A stretch of DNA of 54,179 nucleotides from Verrucomicrobiota bacterium (GTDB taxonomy: Bacteria; Verrucomicrobiota; Verrucomicrobiia; Limisphaerales; SIBE01), in contig JACPRI010000259.1 in the NCBI GenBank assembly GCA_016190065.1, positions 1 to 54,179 on the forward strand. The letters are read 5' to 3'. The first letter of the stretch is position 1; each line of letters starts with the position of its first letter. Positions 1 through 8,623 of the stretch are shown piece by piece. A model generated the notes under the pieces. That model did no database searches, was not told the origin of the DNA, and saw nothing but the letters and a program-made list of their open reading frames with translations. A program made the position numbers and the translations under genes.

Positions 1-468
1 AGGGAAGCCCTGGGTCAGCGCGACGAGCCGATCGACGTCCCACGCCAAAAGCCCTCGCTCAGATTGGCGGAAGTAGTATTGCTTTCTCATCGTCCAGCGA
101 GGAAGGAGATTGCCCGTCGTCCAGTCTGTCGAGATAATCCTGGCGGTCCGGGGCAACACCGACCGGATTCTCGCCAGCGCGGATTCCATCTACGCGTCGG
201 TCAGATGCTCCACCAGTTTCCCGGCGATGGACAGCGCGCTCGCTTCCTCAGCCGTGAACATGACGGGCGGGAGATGATAACCCTTGACCAGGCTGTAGCC
301 CACGCCCGCCTCGGCCATGATCGGAATGCCGGCCTCACCCAGCGCCGCGATGTCGCGATAGACGGTGCGCACGCTGATTTCGAAATGCGCGGCCAGGTCT
401 TCGGCCCGCACGACGCGCCGGCTTTGCAAGCGCACCACGATCGCCATGAGACGGTCCACTCGGTTCAT
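1..468 (-). pseudogene. YafY/WYL-family HTH transcriptional regulator, disrupted (HTH part intact, rest decayed; continues past window start)
   Basis: ORF 190..468 encodes only the N-terminal HTH (SVRTVYRDIAALGEAGIPI, GVGYSL, LPPVMFTAEEA). An in-frame TAG at 190-192 is followed in the same frame by family-typical SALARIRSVLP. A 1-nt shift at the G4 run 150-153 is then needed to read PDRQDYLDRLDD. No WYL domain is recognisable after that. Confidence 0.55.
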
Positions 469-480
469 GATCCAGCAGAC

Positions 481-2340
481 CTACTCCACGGTCACGCTTT
501 TCGCCAAATTCCGCGGCTTATCGACGTCGCACCCGCGCTCAATGGCGACGTGGTAGGCCAGCAACTGAAGCGGCACGACCGCCAGCAGCGGAAAGATCGG
601 TTCCAGCGTCGGCGGAACATAAATCACGTCGTCGGCCTGCTTCGCAATCGTCGCGTTGCCCTCGGTCGCAATCGCGATGACCGGGCCGTTGCGCGCGCGC
701 ACGACTTCCAGATTGCTCAGCGTCTTTTCATACATCGAATCCGACGGGATCAGGACCACGCTCGGAGTGTTCGGATCGATGAGCGCGATCGGGCCGTGCT
801 TCATCTCCGCCGCCGGATAGCCTTCGGCGTGGATGTAGGAAATCTCTTTCAACTTGAGCGCGCCTTCCAACGCCACCGGGAAACCGTGCTGCCGTCCGAG
901 AAAGAAAAAATTCTGCGCCCGGGCGTATTTCTGCGCGATGCGCTTGATGCGCTCATTCTGTTGCAGGATCGACTCGAGCTGCCCGGGCCCGGCCTCCAAT
1001 GCTCGAATAATCTCCATCCCGCGCCGCACGGGCAGCATCCGCAGCCGTCCCATCAAGAGCGCGAAAAGCGTCAGCACGGTCACTTGCGACGTGAACGCTT
1101 TGGTCGAGGCGACCCCAATTTCCGGTCCGGCGTGCAAATAGATGCCGCCGTCGGCCTCGCGCGCTATCGTGCTTCCGACCACATTACAGATCGCCAGCGC
1201 CTTATGGCCGCGGCGTTTGGCCTCGCGCAGCCCCGCCAGGGTGTCCGCGGTTTCGCCGGACTGCGTGATGGCCACAACCAGCGTGTGTTTCTCCAGCGGC
1301 GCATGGCGATAGCGGAATTCGCTCGCGTATTCGACCTCGACGGGAATGTGCGCGAAGTCTTCCAACAAATACTCGCCGACCAGCGCCGCGTGCCAACTGG
1401 TGCCGCAGGCCGTGAGAACGATTTGATCGACCTCCCGCAACTCCGCCATGCTCATGTTCAGGCCGCCGAATTTGGCCGTGGCCTCGTCCGAATCGATCCG
1501 CCCGCGCAGCGCGTTGCGGACCGTCGCGGGCTGCTCGAAAATCTCCTTGAGCATGAAATGCGGAAACTTGCCGCGCTCCGCCGCCTCCGGACTGAACTCG
1601 ACCTGGCTGATCTGAACTTTGGCTGTATCAGCGCCCAGGCTCGCCACATCGAACCGGTCCGCCGTCATCGTCACGACGTCGTAATCGTTCAGATAAACCA
1701 CCTGCTGAGTGTGGGCCACGACCGCGTTGACATCGCTCGCCAAGAAGTTTTCGTTCTGGCCGAGGCCAACGATCAACGGCGATCCCCGGCGGGCCCCGAC
1801 AATGATTCCGGGGGCGTCGGTGCAGACAACGGCGATTCCGTAGGTGCCGATGACTTCGCGGAGCGCGCTTAGAACAGCCTGAGTCAGGCGAACCGAGGCC
1901 TCGGATTGATCCCCCTTCAGTTTTTCATAGTGATCTCCAATCAGATGAGCGAGGACCTCGGTGTCCGTCGCGGATCGGAACGTGTGCCCCGCCTCCATCA
2001 GCCGCTCTTTGATGCGATCGAAGTTCTCAATCACGCCGTTGTGGACCACGGCCATGCGTCCGCTTTGGTCGAGGTGCGGGTGTGAATTCTCGTCCGAAGG
2101 CGGGCCGTGGGTGGCCCAACGCGTGTGGCCGATGCCCAGTTGACCGGCCAGGGGTTGAGCCTGGAGGGATTTGGCCAGACCTTCATCGATCTTGCCCTTC
2201 TTTTTTCTGAGCTGCATTTCGCTGCCGCTCAGGACCGCCACGCCGGCGCTGTCGTAACCGCGGTATTCGAGGCGCCGGAGTCCTTCGAGAAGAATCGGCG
2301 CGGCCGTCTGGCGGCCCACATAGCCCACGATGCCACACAT
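481..2340 (-). CDS. glmS: glutamine--fructose-6-phosphate aminotransferase (isomerizing)
   Basis: The start is taken at ATG 2340 so that the N-terminus is MCGIVGYVG (Cys nucleophile of class-II amidotransferases). The ORF-track start 2391 adds 17 unlikely residues. Two SIS domains and the typical C-terminus DKPRNLAKSVTVE are present. Confidence 0.97.
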   Translation of the reverse strand: MCGIVGYVGRQTAAPILLEGLRRLEYRGYDSAGVAVLSGSEMQLRKKKGKIDEGLAKSLQAQPLAGQLGIGHTRWATHGPPSDENSHPHLDQSGRMAVVHNGVIENFDRIKERLMEAGHTFRSATDTEVLAHLIGDHYEKLKGDQSEASVRLTQAVLSALREVIGTYGIAVVCTDAPGIIVGARRGSPLIVGLGQNENFLASDVNAVVAHTQQVVYLNDYDVVTMTADRFDVASLGADTAKVQISQVEFSPEAAERGKFPHFMLKEIFEQPATVRNALRGRIDSDEATAKFGGLNMSMAELREVDQIVLTACGTSWHAALVGEYLLEDFAHIPVEVEYASEFRYRHAPLEKHTLVVAITQSGETADTLAGLREAKRRGHKALAICNVVGSTIAREADGGIYLHAGPEIGVASTKAFTSQVTVLTLFALLMGRLRMLPVRRGMEIIRALEAGPGQLESILQQNERIKRIAQKYARAQNFFFLGRQHGFPVALEGALKLKEISYIHAEGYPAAEMKHGPIALIDPNTPSVVLIPSDSMYEKTLSNLEVVRARNGPVIAIATEGNATIAKQADDVIYVPPTLEPIFPLLAVVPLQLLAYHVAIERGCDVDKPRNLAKSVTVE

Positions 2341-2619
2341 GACGCGGGCGAAGATATCGGAAGATCCCGGAGCCGCATAGGGGGGATTCACCCCACGCCG
2401 CCGTTGCTTTACCCGCCCCTTGAACCTCCTTTGTTGGGAACCAAACGAGGGAACCCAGCATCAGTGATCGCGAAGCCACCTACAGTTACGCAACGGATGG
2501 CTTCATTCCGGGGGTACGACAAGGGCTTCCTCTCTTCGTCCCAAGGATTAGCCGCAATGCCCGGCGGCAAGTCCGATCTCCGATCTTGATTCGTCGAACA
2601 TTCTGCCGACAATCGCAGG

Positions 2620-3870
2620 ATGCAAAAATCCAGTATGTCCACTTCTGTTCCAACGCTGACTCGCCGCGCCTTCTTGAAACAAACCGGTCTCGCTTCCACC
2701 GCGGTGGCTCTTGGTCCTGCTTTCAATTTGTCCCGCGCCGCCTCGAGCAACGACACTATTCAAGTCGGCGTCATCGGCACCGGCGGGCGGGCACGGGGCT
2801 TGATGCAAGTCCTGGCGAAAATCCCCAAAGTCAAAATCACGGCCGTGTGCGACCTCTACGACGCGCACCTTTCGTCTGCAAAGCAGATCGCGGACGCCAG
2901 CGCTTTCGCCACCAAAGAATACGAAACGCTGCTCGAACGAAAGGACGTGGACGCGGTGTTGATCGGCTCGCCCGATCATTGGCACGTCAAGATGACCGTC
3001 GATGCGTGCGCCGCCGGGAAGGATGTCTATGTCGAGAAACCGCTCACGCACAGCCGCGACGACGGCAAGACGGTCGTCGCCGCGCAAGACCGCTCCAACC
3101 GCGTCGTGCAAGTCGGGACACAACAGCGGTCCATGCCGCAGTTCCACGAGGCGCGACGGATGATTCGGGAAGGCGTGCTCGGCAAGATTCACAAGGTGCA
3201 CCTCACCTGGAACCGCAATTTCCTCCCCTTCCAGAAGAATGTTCCATCGATTCGCGCCGATGCTTTCGACTGGAAAAAGTTTTTGGGCGCCGCGCCGGAC
3301 CAGCCCTTCGACGCCTACCGCTTCCGGAATTGGCGGTGGTTCTGGGATTTTGGCGGCGGCATTCTGACCGACCTCATGGTACACTGGCTCGACGGCGTGA
3401 ACTGGCTGCTTGATCTGGGCATGCCGGCGGCCGCGACGACCGTTGGCGATCATTTCGCAACCAAAGGAGTCTGGGAAACGCCGGACACGATCCAAACCTT
3501 GCTCCAGTATCCGGACAAAGGATTGCAGGTTTATTTCGAGGGCACGTTCGTCAATGCGCGCAACCGGGCGATGACGGAAATCATGGGCGAAAACGCGACG
3601 CTTTACCTCGATCGTGGCCGCCTCGAACTCCATCCCGAACCGAACCGCAAAATTGAAGCGAAGGAAGTGGTGCTTGGCTCCGGGCCGCGCGGCGCGGATT
3701 TCTTCAAGCAACCCGACGGCGAGCTGCTGCACTTGACCGATTGGCTGGAAGCGATTCGCGCTCGGAAAAAACCCAGCGCGCCCGCCGAAGCTGGCATCCT
3801 GGCCGCCGAAGCCGCGCACATGGCCAACCGCGCTTACCGCGAAGGCCGTGTCGTTCGCCGGGCCGGATAA
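2620..3870 (+). CDS. Gfo/Idh/MocA-family oxidoreductase with twin-arginine signal
   Basis: TAT-type N-terminus TRRAFLKQTGLASTAVALG, Rossmann motif VGVIGTGGRARG and VYVEKPL motif typical of the family. Confidence 0.9.
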   Translation: MQKSSMSTSVPTLTRRAFLKQTGLASTAVALGPAFNLSRAASSNDTIQVGVIGTGGRARGLMQVLAKIPKVKITAVCDLYDAHLSSAKQIADASAFATKEYETLLERKDVDAVLIGSPDHWHVKMTVDACAAGKDVYVEKPLTHSRDDGKTVVAAQDRSNRVVQVGTQQRSMPQFHEARRMIREGVLGKIHKVHLTWNRNFLPFQKNVPSIRADAFDWKKFLGAAPDQPFDAYRFRNWRWFWDFGGGILTDLMVHWLDGVNWLLDLGMPAAATTVGDHFATKGVWETPDTIQTLLQYPDKGLQVYFEGTFVNARNRAMTEIMGENATLYLDRGRLELHPEPNRKIEAKEVVLGSGPRGADFFKQPDGELLHLTDWLEAIRARKKPSAPAEAGILAAEAAHMANRAYREGRVVRRAG

Positions 3871-3900
3871 CCTCCGGGAGGAACTGTCTCTTGACCGTAA

Positions 3901-4085
3901 GTATGCATTCGGAAACGGGGAGCACACGCGCCCTCGCGTGTTTCGACCGGCGCCTCGCCGGTCGAAATGCACGTGCCGATCGGTCACTCAATGGTGAAGT
4001 GTTCGAGCGAACCAGTGTGGGTCGGCGGAGGGCGCCGACCAGCGCGCGCGAGGAGCACGTGCGCTCCCCATCTCGACTGAATCGT
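3901..4085 (+). repeat. family A structured palindromic element, copy 1 (MITE/REP-like)
   Basis: The core 3917-4069 starts GGGGAGCACACGCGCCCTCGCGTG and ends CGCGAGGAGCACGTGCGCTCCCC (inverted termini). Internal hairpins are GACCGGC-gcctc-GCCGGTC (3945-3963) and GGTCGGCG-gaggg-CGCCGACC (4020-4040). It is colinear with copies at 5837-6009 and 12205-12372, including the flanks GTATGCA..GGAA and ATCTC.ACTG. Confidence 0.85.
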
Positions 4086-4114
4086 AACGGCTTCGAGCCC
4101 ACTGATTTTTCATC

Positions 4115-4494
4115 ATGAAGACCATCAGGCCTAATCTCGCGACCTTGGCAGTGGCCGCATTGTTGGTGCTGCCGCGGTCCGGAGCGTCCTCCAAATCACA
4201 GCCGGTTGAGGCGCCGCGCCGCAGCGACGTCGTCATTTTCCAGTGCAACTTCGAATCGGCCGACTGGTTCAAAGAGTGGGACGCGCGGCGCCAAGATCCT
4301 CACACCGACATCGTGGCCGCTGATCCCGCGTTGAAGTTTGTCCCGCTGCAAGGAAAGGCTCTGCGGATTCGAGTCGATAAAGACGGACATTCTGGCTGAA
4401 CTTTTACTACGGCGGCACCTGGACCGCGAACGCGGATCATCATCTCTACATTGATAATGTCGTCATTTCGCGGCGGCCCATCGGACTGCAATGA
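4115..4494 (+). pseudogene. relic of a secreted polysaccharide-lyase-like gene (PF14099/PL14-like) with internal deletion and frameshift
   Basis: The 94-aa ORF has a signal peptide (MKTIRPNLATLAVAALLVLP) and an N-terminal domain start, then stops at 4397-4399. A different frame (4396-4494) reads LNFYYGGTWTANADHHLYIDNVVISRRPIGLQ*, which looks like the conserved C-terminal strand of that family. The total is far too short for a family of about 250 aa. Confidence 0.4.
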
Positions 4495-4551
4495 GGATGC
4501 CGAAGGGTGGTTCGGTCGTGGTGGAAGAATGTTGCGCTTCAATCTGAGCGG

Positions 4552-5829
4552 ATGAAACACAGGCTTCTGAGCTGCGTCGCCATCGCAGCCGCACTGTCGG
4601 CGGTTTTGCTGTGGCCGAGAGACAGTGGCCGCGCCAGCGGCCCCATGCCACATGATGTCTATATCTGGCAGCGGGCCTGGACGGAATCATTGGACGATGC
4701 CATCTCGGAACATGCGGGCGATTTCGCCGAGTTGGTCGCGTTGAAAGCCGAGGTGAGCTGGCAGGACAACCAACCGCGAGTCGTGCGCGTGGCGCTGGAT
4801 TACCCGTCCTTGCGAAACGCGGGACGCCCCATCAGCCTCGCTCTGCGCATCGGCGCTTACTCGGGTCCGTTCAATCCGGACAGCGAACGGACACACTGGC
4901 TGACCGAACTGGCGGCTTCGATTCTATCCGAGGCCCAAACCAACGAGCTCGACGTGGCCGAACTGCAAATTGATTTTGACTGCGCTGAATCGAAGCTGGA
5001 AGGCTACCGCGTTTGGGTGGAAGCCATCCGGCGGCGCGTGGCACCGGTGCCGGTCACGATCACGGCGCTGCCTTCCTGGCTGAAGCGGCCTGCGTTCAAG
5101 CGGCTCGTCGCTGCGGCGGACGGCTACGTCTTGCAGGTGCATTCGCTCGCCCGGCCGCGCAACCCCGGTGCGCCGTTCAGCTTGTGCGATCCGGCCGAAG
5201 CGCGGCGCGCGGTCGAAAAGGCCGGGCGATTGGGTAAACCATTTCGGGTCGCGCTGCCAACTTACGGCTACATCTTCGCGTTCGATGGCAGGGGACAGTT
5301 TGCCGGCATATCCGCGGAAGGCCCGGCCAAGCTGTGGCCTGATGGCACTCAACTCCGCGAAGTGCGAGCCAATCCGGAAACGATGGCGCAACTCGTCGCT
5401 GATTGGAAAAACGACCGGCCTCAAGGACTCACGGGCGTGATTTGGTATCGATTGCCGGTGGCGAGTGATTCGCTCAACTGGAGCTGGCCCACGCTGGCCG
5501 CCGTGATGAACGGCCAGGTTCCTCGTTCCGACGTCCGCGTCGAAACTCACCGTCCTCAGCCGCAGCTTGTGGAAATCGACTTGGTCAATGCCGGCCCCGC
5601 CGATCACGCTGGGTCCGTTCACGTGGGATTGAGCTGGCACGCGGCAAGGCTGGTGGCTGCCGATGGATTGCATGGATTCGAATTGAACGAGAGCGGCCCG
5701 AACTCCGTTCGATTCACCGTCCAAAGGGCGTTAGCCCGGCTTGAAGCCGGACAGCGCCGCACCATCGGCTGGCTGCGGTTCGACCAAGACGCGGACGTCA
5801 CCGTGGCGTTGGAGCAACGCAGCGATTAA
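4552..5829 (+). CDS. membrane-anchored/secreted hypothetical protein, DUF3142-like
   Basis: Start chosen at MKHRLLSCVAIAAALSAVLL (hydrophobic N-terminus). DVYIWQRAW and the following TIM-like alternating pattern resemble DUF3142 as I remember it. The family name is tentative. Confidence 0.75.
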   Translation: MKHRLLSCVAIAAALSAVLLWPRDSGRASGPMPHDVYIWQRAWTESLDDAISEHAGDFAELVALKAEVSWQDNQPRVVRVALDYPSLRNAGRPISLALRIGAYSGPFNPDSERTHWLTELAASILSEAQTNELDVAELQIDFDCAESKLEGYRVWVEAIRRRVAPVPVTITALPSWLKRPAFKRLVAAADGYVLQVHSLARPRNPGAPFSLCDPAEARRAVEKAGRLGKPFRVALPTYGYIFAFDGRGQFAGISAEGPAKLWPDGTQLREVRANPETMAQLVADWKNDRPQGLTGVIWYRLPVASDSLNWSWPTLAAVMNGQVPRSDVRVETHRPQPQLVEIDLVNAGPADHAGSVHVGLSWHAARLVAADGLHGFELNESGPNSVRFTVQRALARLEAGQRRTIGWLRFDQDADVTVALEQRSD

Positions 5830-5836
5830 GCCGTAT

Positions 5837-6009
5837 GTATGCAGTTGGAATTGGGGAGCACACGCGCGTGTTCGGACTGGCGCCTCGCCGGTCGGAACGG
5901 GCGCGTAATTCAGTCACTGAACGGTGGCTCGTTCGGCCGCACTCGTGTGGTCGGCGAGCGCGCCGACCACCGCACGCGAGGGCGCATGCGCTCCCCATCT
6001 CAACTGCAC
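5837..6009 (+). repeat. family A structured palindromic element, copy 2
   Basis: GGGGAGCACACGCGCGTGTTCGG...GTCACTGAACGGTG...CGCGAGGGCGCATGCGCTCCCC is colinear and co-oriented with copy 1. Confidence 0.85.
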
Positions 6010-6073
6010 AGCTAAGCTTCGGGCAACGCGTCCCGGCTAGGGCGACGATGGACAACGATTGAGACAGACCGGA

Positions 6074-8467
6074 ATGGATAATCGAAACCACACACCTGTG
6101 TTTCGTGGTTTTCTGGCCACGGAGCAGGCGCGAGTGCGATGCGTTGCGTTCGCGTTTTGCCTCCTCACCGCGCTCCATGTCCTCGCTTGCGGTCCATTCT
6201 TTCCCAACACCCTGCTCGATCAAGGCGACGCCGCGGTCCTGACCGCTCCGGAGGCCCGCTTCAAACTGGAGCTGGAACGCATGAAGCTGGTGTCGTCCCC
6301 GTTTCGCGCACGGCCAGCCACCAACTACGCTCAGCAAACCTTCGATGCCGAGCTCTCGGACCTGCGCGCGGCGCTGGATCGAAACAAAGTTGCGGCGAGA
6401 CAGCGCGATGCCATCCTCGAACGCCACCGGGTCGAACGCGAAAAAATCATCATCTTCGCCCGTGCCGAAAGGGAAGATTCGGATGACGGCAACACCAAGT
6501 TTTGGCTCAGGGAAGGTTATGTCCTGCGGCCAGATCTCACCAACTCCGCGAGAATTTCGGGACTGATCCCGCAAGTTACGCCGGGGTTGCCGGGAGAGTT
6601 CGCGGATTATTTTCGCGGTTCCATCGCATGGCACCTCGGGAAAATGTCCGATGCACGCGCGGCGTGGACCTCGTTGCTCGCCAGGCCGGCTATGGAGCGA
6701 CAGTTCAAGTCCACGTGGGCGGCGTTCATGCTGGGGAAGAGCTGGGAAGAGGAAGACAGCCGCCGGGCCGCCTCTCATTTCCAGCAGGTTCGCGCTCTTG
6801 CCAAAGCCGGCTTCGCAGACTCGCTCGGTTTGGCTGCTTCGAGTCTCGGTTGGGAAGCGCGGCTGAATTTGCGCGATCAAAACTTCGCTCCGGCCATTGC
6901 TCTGTATTTGGAACAGGCTGCAAGCGGCGATTCATCCGCGGTCATTTCTCTGCGCTGGGCAGCCTCGACGGCGTTGCGGGCATCGGAGGCCAAATTGCGC
7001 TCGCTGGCCGCGCATCCTCGCGCCCAACGCGTCATTACCGCTTACGTCATCTCCGGCGGCTGGAGAGAACAACCGATGGACGTGGACAGCCCAGTCAAGG
7101 AAGGCATGATCCGCGCGCTCGCCGCGGCGTCGGCCAAGGTTCGCTTCGTTCCCAAGCCGAGACCAAATTGGCATCGCATCAAAGAGCCGGCCATGCGCTG
7201 GCTCGAAGCGGTCGAGGCCGCCCGCGTGAAAGACGTCGAGTCCGCCGAGCAACTCGCTCTGGCCGCTTACCAAGGCGGCGAGATGGAAAGATGCCGGCGC
7301 TGGCTGAGCCTCGCGCGACCCACTCCAGCCGCGCAGTGGTTGCAAGCCAAGTTGCTGTTGCGCGACGGAAAAGCGGGCGAAGCGGCCGCCTTGATTGCGA
7401 AGCTTGTGCGGTTGTTTCCGCTCGATCCAAACGCGGCGAATCACCCGGCCTCACTTGGACTCGCTGGCAGTTTGTTTGTGGCGAACAGTATCGAGTTTGC
7501 GCCGATCTCCGTCACTGACCAACTGCACGGAGAATGGGGAGTGTTCCGGCTGGCGCGGCGACAATACACAGAATCGCTCGACGCCCTTTTGCGCTCCGGC
7601 TTTTGGTTTGATGCCGCTTACCTGGCTGAGCGAGTGTTGACGCTTGACGAATTGAAAAACTACGTGGACCGCTCCTGGCCCGGTCCGGACGCGTCCCGCC
7701 GTGTCCTTGATGTCCCTTCCCCTAAACCGAGTAGGGACGGAGTGGAATCCGTCCTCACCGGGAGCGAAATCGCTCCGCGGGAATTGGCCCCCGGCGAACG
7801 CATTCGCTATCTCCTGGCGCGACGGCTGGCGCGCGCGGAACGTCGCGACGAGGCGCGCGCTTACTTCCCGTCGGAATACTTGCCCCAGTTCGAAGTGCTT
7901 TGCGCCGCGCTCAGCGCCGCCCAGAATGCCAATTTGGCGGCGAGCGCACGCGCGAAGTCATGGTTCGACGCTGCAAAGACCACGCGCCATCACGGCCTGG
8001 AATTGATCGGCACGGAAGTCGAGCCGGATTGGCACGTGCATGGCGGCAGCTACCAGTACGGCGTCACCGTCTCCGACCGCATCAGCCTGCAAAGCTCGAA
8101 TGTGCTGGCTGCCGCGACGGATGAAATCGAACGCGCGACGCGGCACAAAGCCACCCCTGAAAAGCGCTGGCATTATCGGTTCCGAGCCGCGGCGCTCGCC
8201 TGGGAAGCGGCCCGATTGATGTCGGACAACTCCGGCGACACCGCGCGCGGGCTTGGCCTTGGGGGAACGTGGATCAAGAATCTTGATCCCGAGGCTGCGG
8301 ACGTATTCTACAAAGCGCTGGTCCGCCGCTGCCGCAAAACCGCCATCGGCGCCGAGGCGGACCGCATTCGCTGGTTTCCGGCGCTAGACGCGGAAGGCAA
8401 CTTGCGCCCGCGTTCCGAACAGCCCCTTTCGCCGATGGAGCGCGAGGCCCTCAGACCGCCGAACTGA
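6074..8467 (+). CDS. large hypothetical lipoprotein-like protein, helical/TPR-like
   Basis: 797-aa frame from ATG 6074 (the ORF track starts at TTG 6059). The N-terminus has a lipobox-like LHVLAC followed by GPFFPN. It is Ala/Leu/Arg-rich and helical, with no enzymatic motif recognised. Confidence 0.75.
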   Translation: MDNRNHTPVFRGFLATEQARVRCVAFAFCLLTALHVLACGPFFPNTLLDQGDAAVLTAPEARFKLELERMKLVSSPFRARPATNYAQQTFDAELSDLRAALDRNKVAARQRDAILERHRVEREKIIIFARAEREDSDDGNTKFWLREGYVLRPDLTNSARISGLIPQVTPGLPGEFADYFRGSIAWHLGKMSDARAAWTSLLARPAMERQFKSTWAAFMLGKSWEEEDSRRAASHFQQVRALAKAGFADSLGLAASSLGWEARLNLRDQNFAPAIALYLEQAASGDSSAVISLRWAASTALRASEAKLRSLAAHPRAQRVITAYVISGGWREQPMDVDSPVKEGMIRALAAASAKVRFVPKPRPNWHRIKEPAMRWLEAVEAARVKDVESAEQLALAAYQGGEMERCRRWLSLARPTPAAQWLQAKLLLRDGKAGEAAALIAKLVRLFPLDPNAANHPASLGLAGSLFVANSIEFAPISVTDQLHGEWGVFRLARRQYTESLDALLRSGFWFDAAYLAERVLTLDELKNYVDRSWPGPDASRRVLDVPSPKPSRDGVESVLTGSEIAPRELAPGERIRYLLARRLARAERRDEARAYFPSEYLPQFEVLCAALSAAQNANLAASARAKSWFDAAKTTRHHGLELIGTEVEPDWHVHGGSYQYGVTVSDRISLQSSNVLAAATDEIERATRHKATPEKRWHYRFRAAALAWEAARLMSDNSGDTARGLGLGGTWIKNLDPEAADVFYKALVRRCRKTAIGAEADRIRWFPALDAEGNLRPRSEQPLSPMEREALRPPN
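7731..7759 (+). repeat. solo family-C-type hairpin embedded in-frame in the 802-aa CDS
   Basis: GTAGGGACGGAGTGGAATCCGTCCTCACC forms a stem GGGACGGA/TCCGTCC with loop GTGGAA. It matches the right-end module of family C (AGGGACGCGGTGGAACGCGTCCTTACC). Confidence 0.6.
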
Positions 8468-8498
8468 CTCGGAGACGTAATTCAACTCTTCAGTTCCC

Positions 8499-8600
8499 AA
8501 CAGGAGAACACAGAGGAAACGGAGGCTGGGAGGGAGCGATCAGCGCTGGCCGAGGACAATAGGATATCCTCGTCCCTGTCTCTCTCCGTTTGCTCCTGTT
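8499..8600. repeat. family D inverted repeat (octamer-phased GNAACNGA arms), copy 1; possible bidirectional terminator
   Basis: The left arm AACAGGAGAACACAGAGGAAACGGAG (8499-8524) is inverted relative to CTCTCCGTTTGCTCCTGTT (8582-8600). An inner palindrome AGGATATCCT lies between them. The element sits between two convergent genes. Confidence 0.6.
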
Positions 8601-8623
8601 TTATTTGAGTAGAGTGATTACGG

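Noticed and set aside
64-1872. A 602-aa plus-strand ORF covering most of glmS in antisense.
   Set aside because: The opposite strand encodes an unmistakable GlmS. The antisense product is Arg/His/Asp-rich with no domain signature.
2548-3987. A 479-aa minus-strand ORF antisense to the Gfo/Idh/MocA gene, running into family-A copy 1.
   Set aside because: It has no motif. Its start is created by the repeat (TRGRVCSPFPNAY is repeat-encoded), and the plus-strand gene has TAT and Rossmann signatures.
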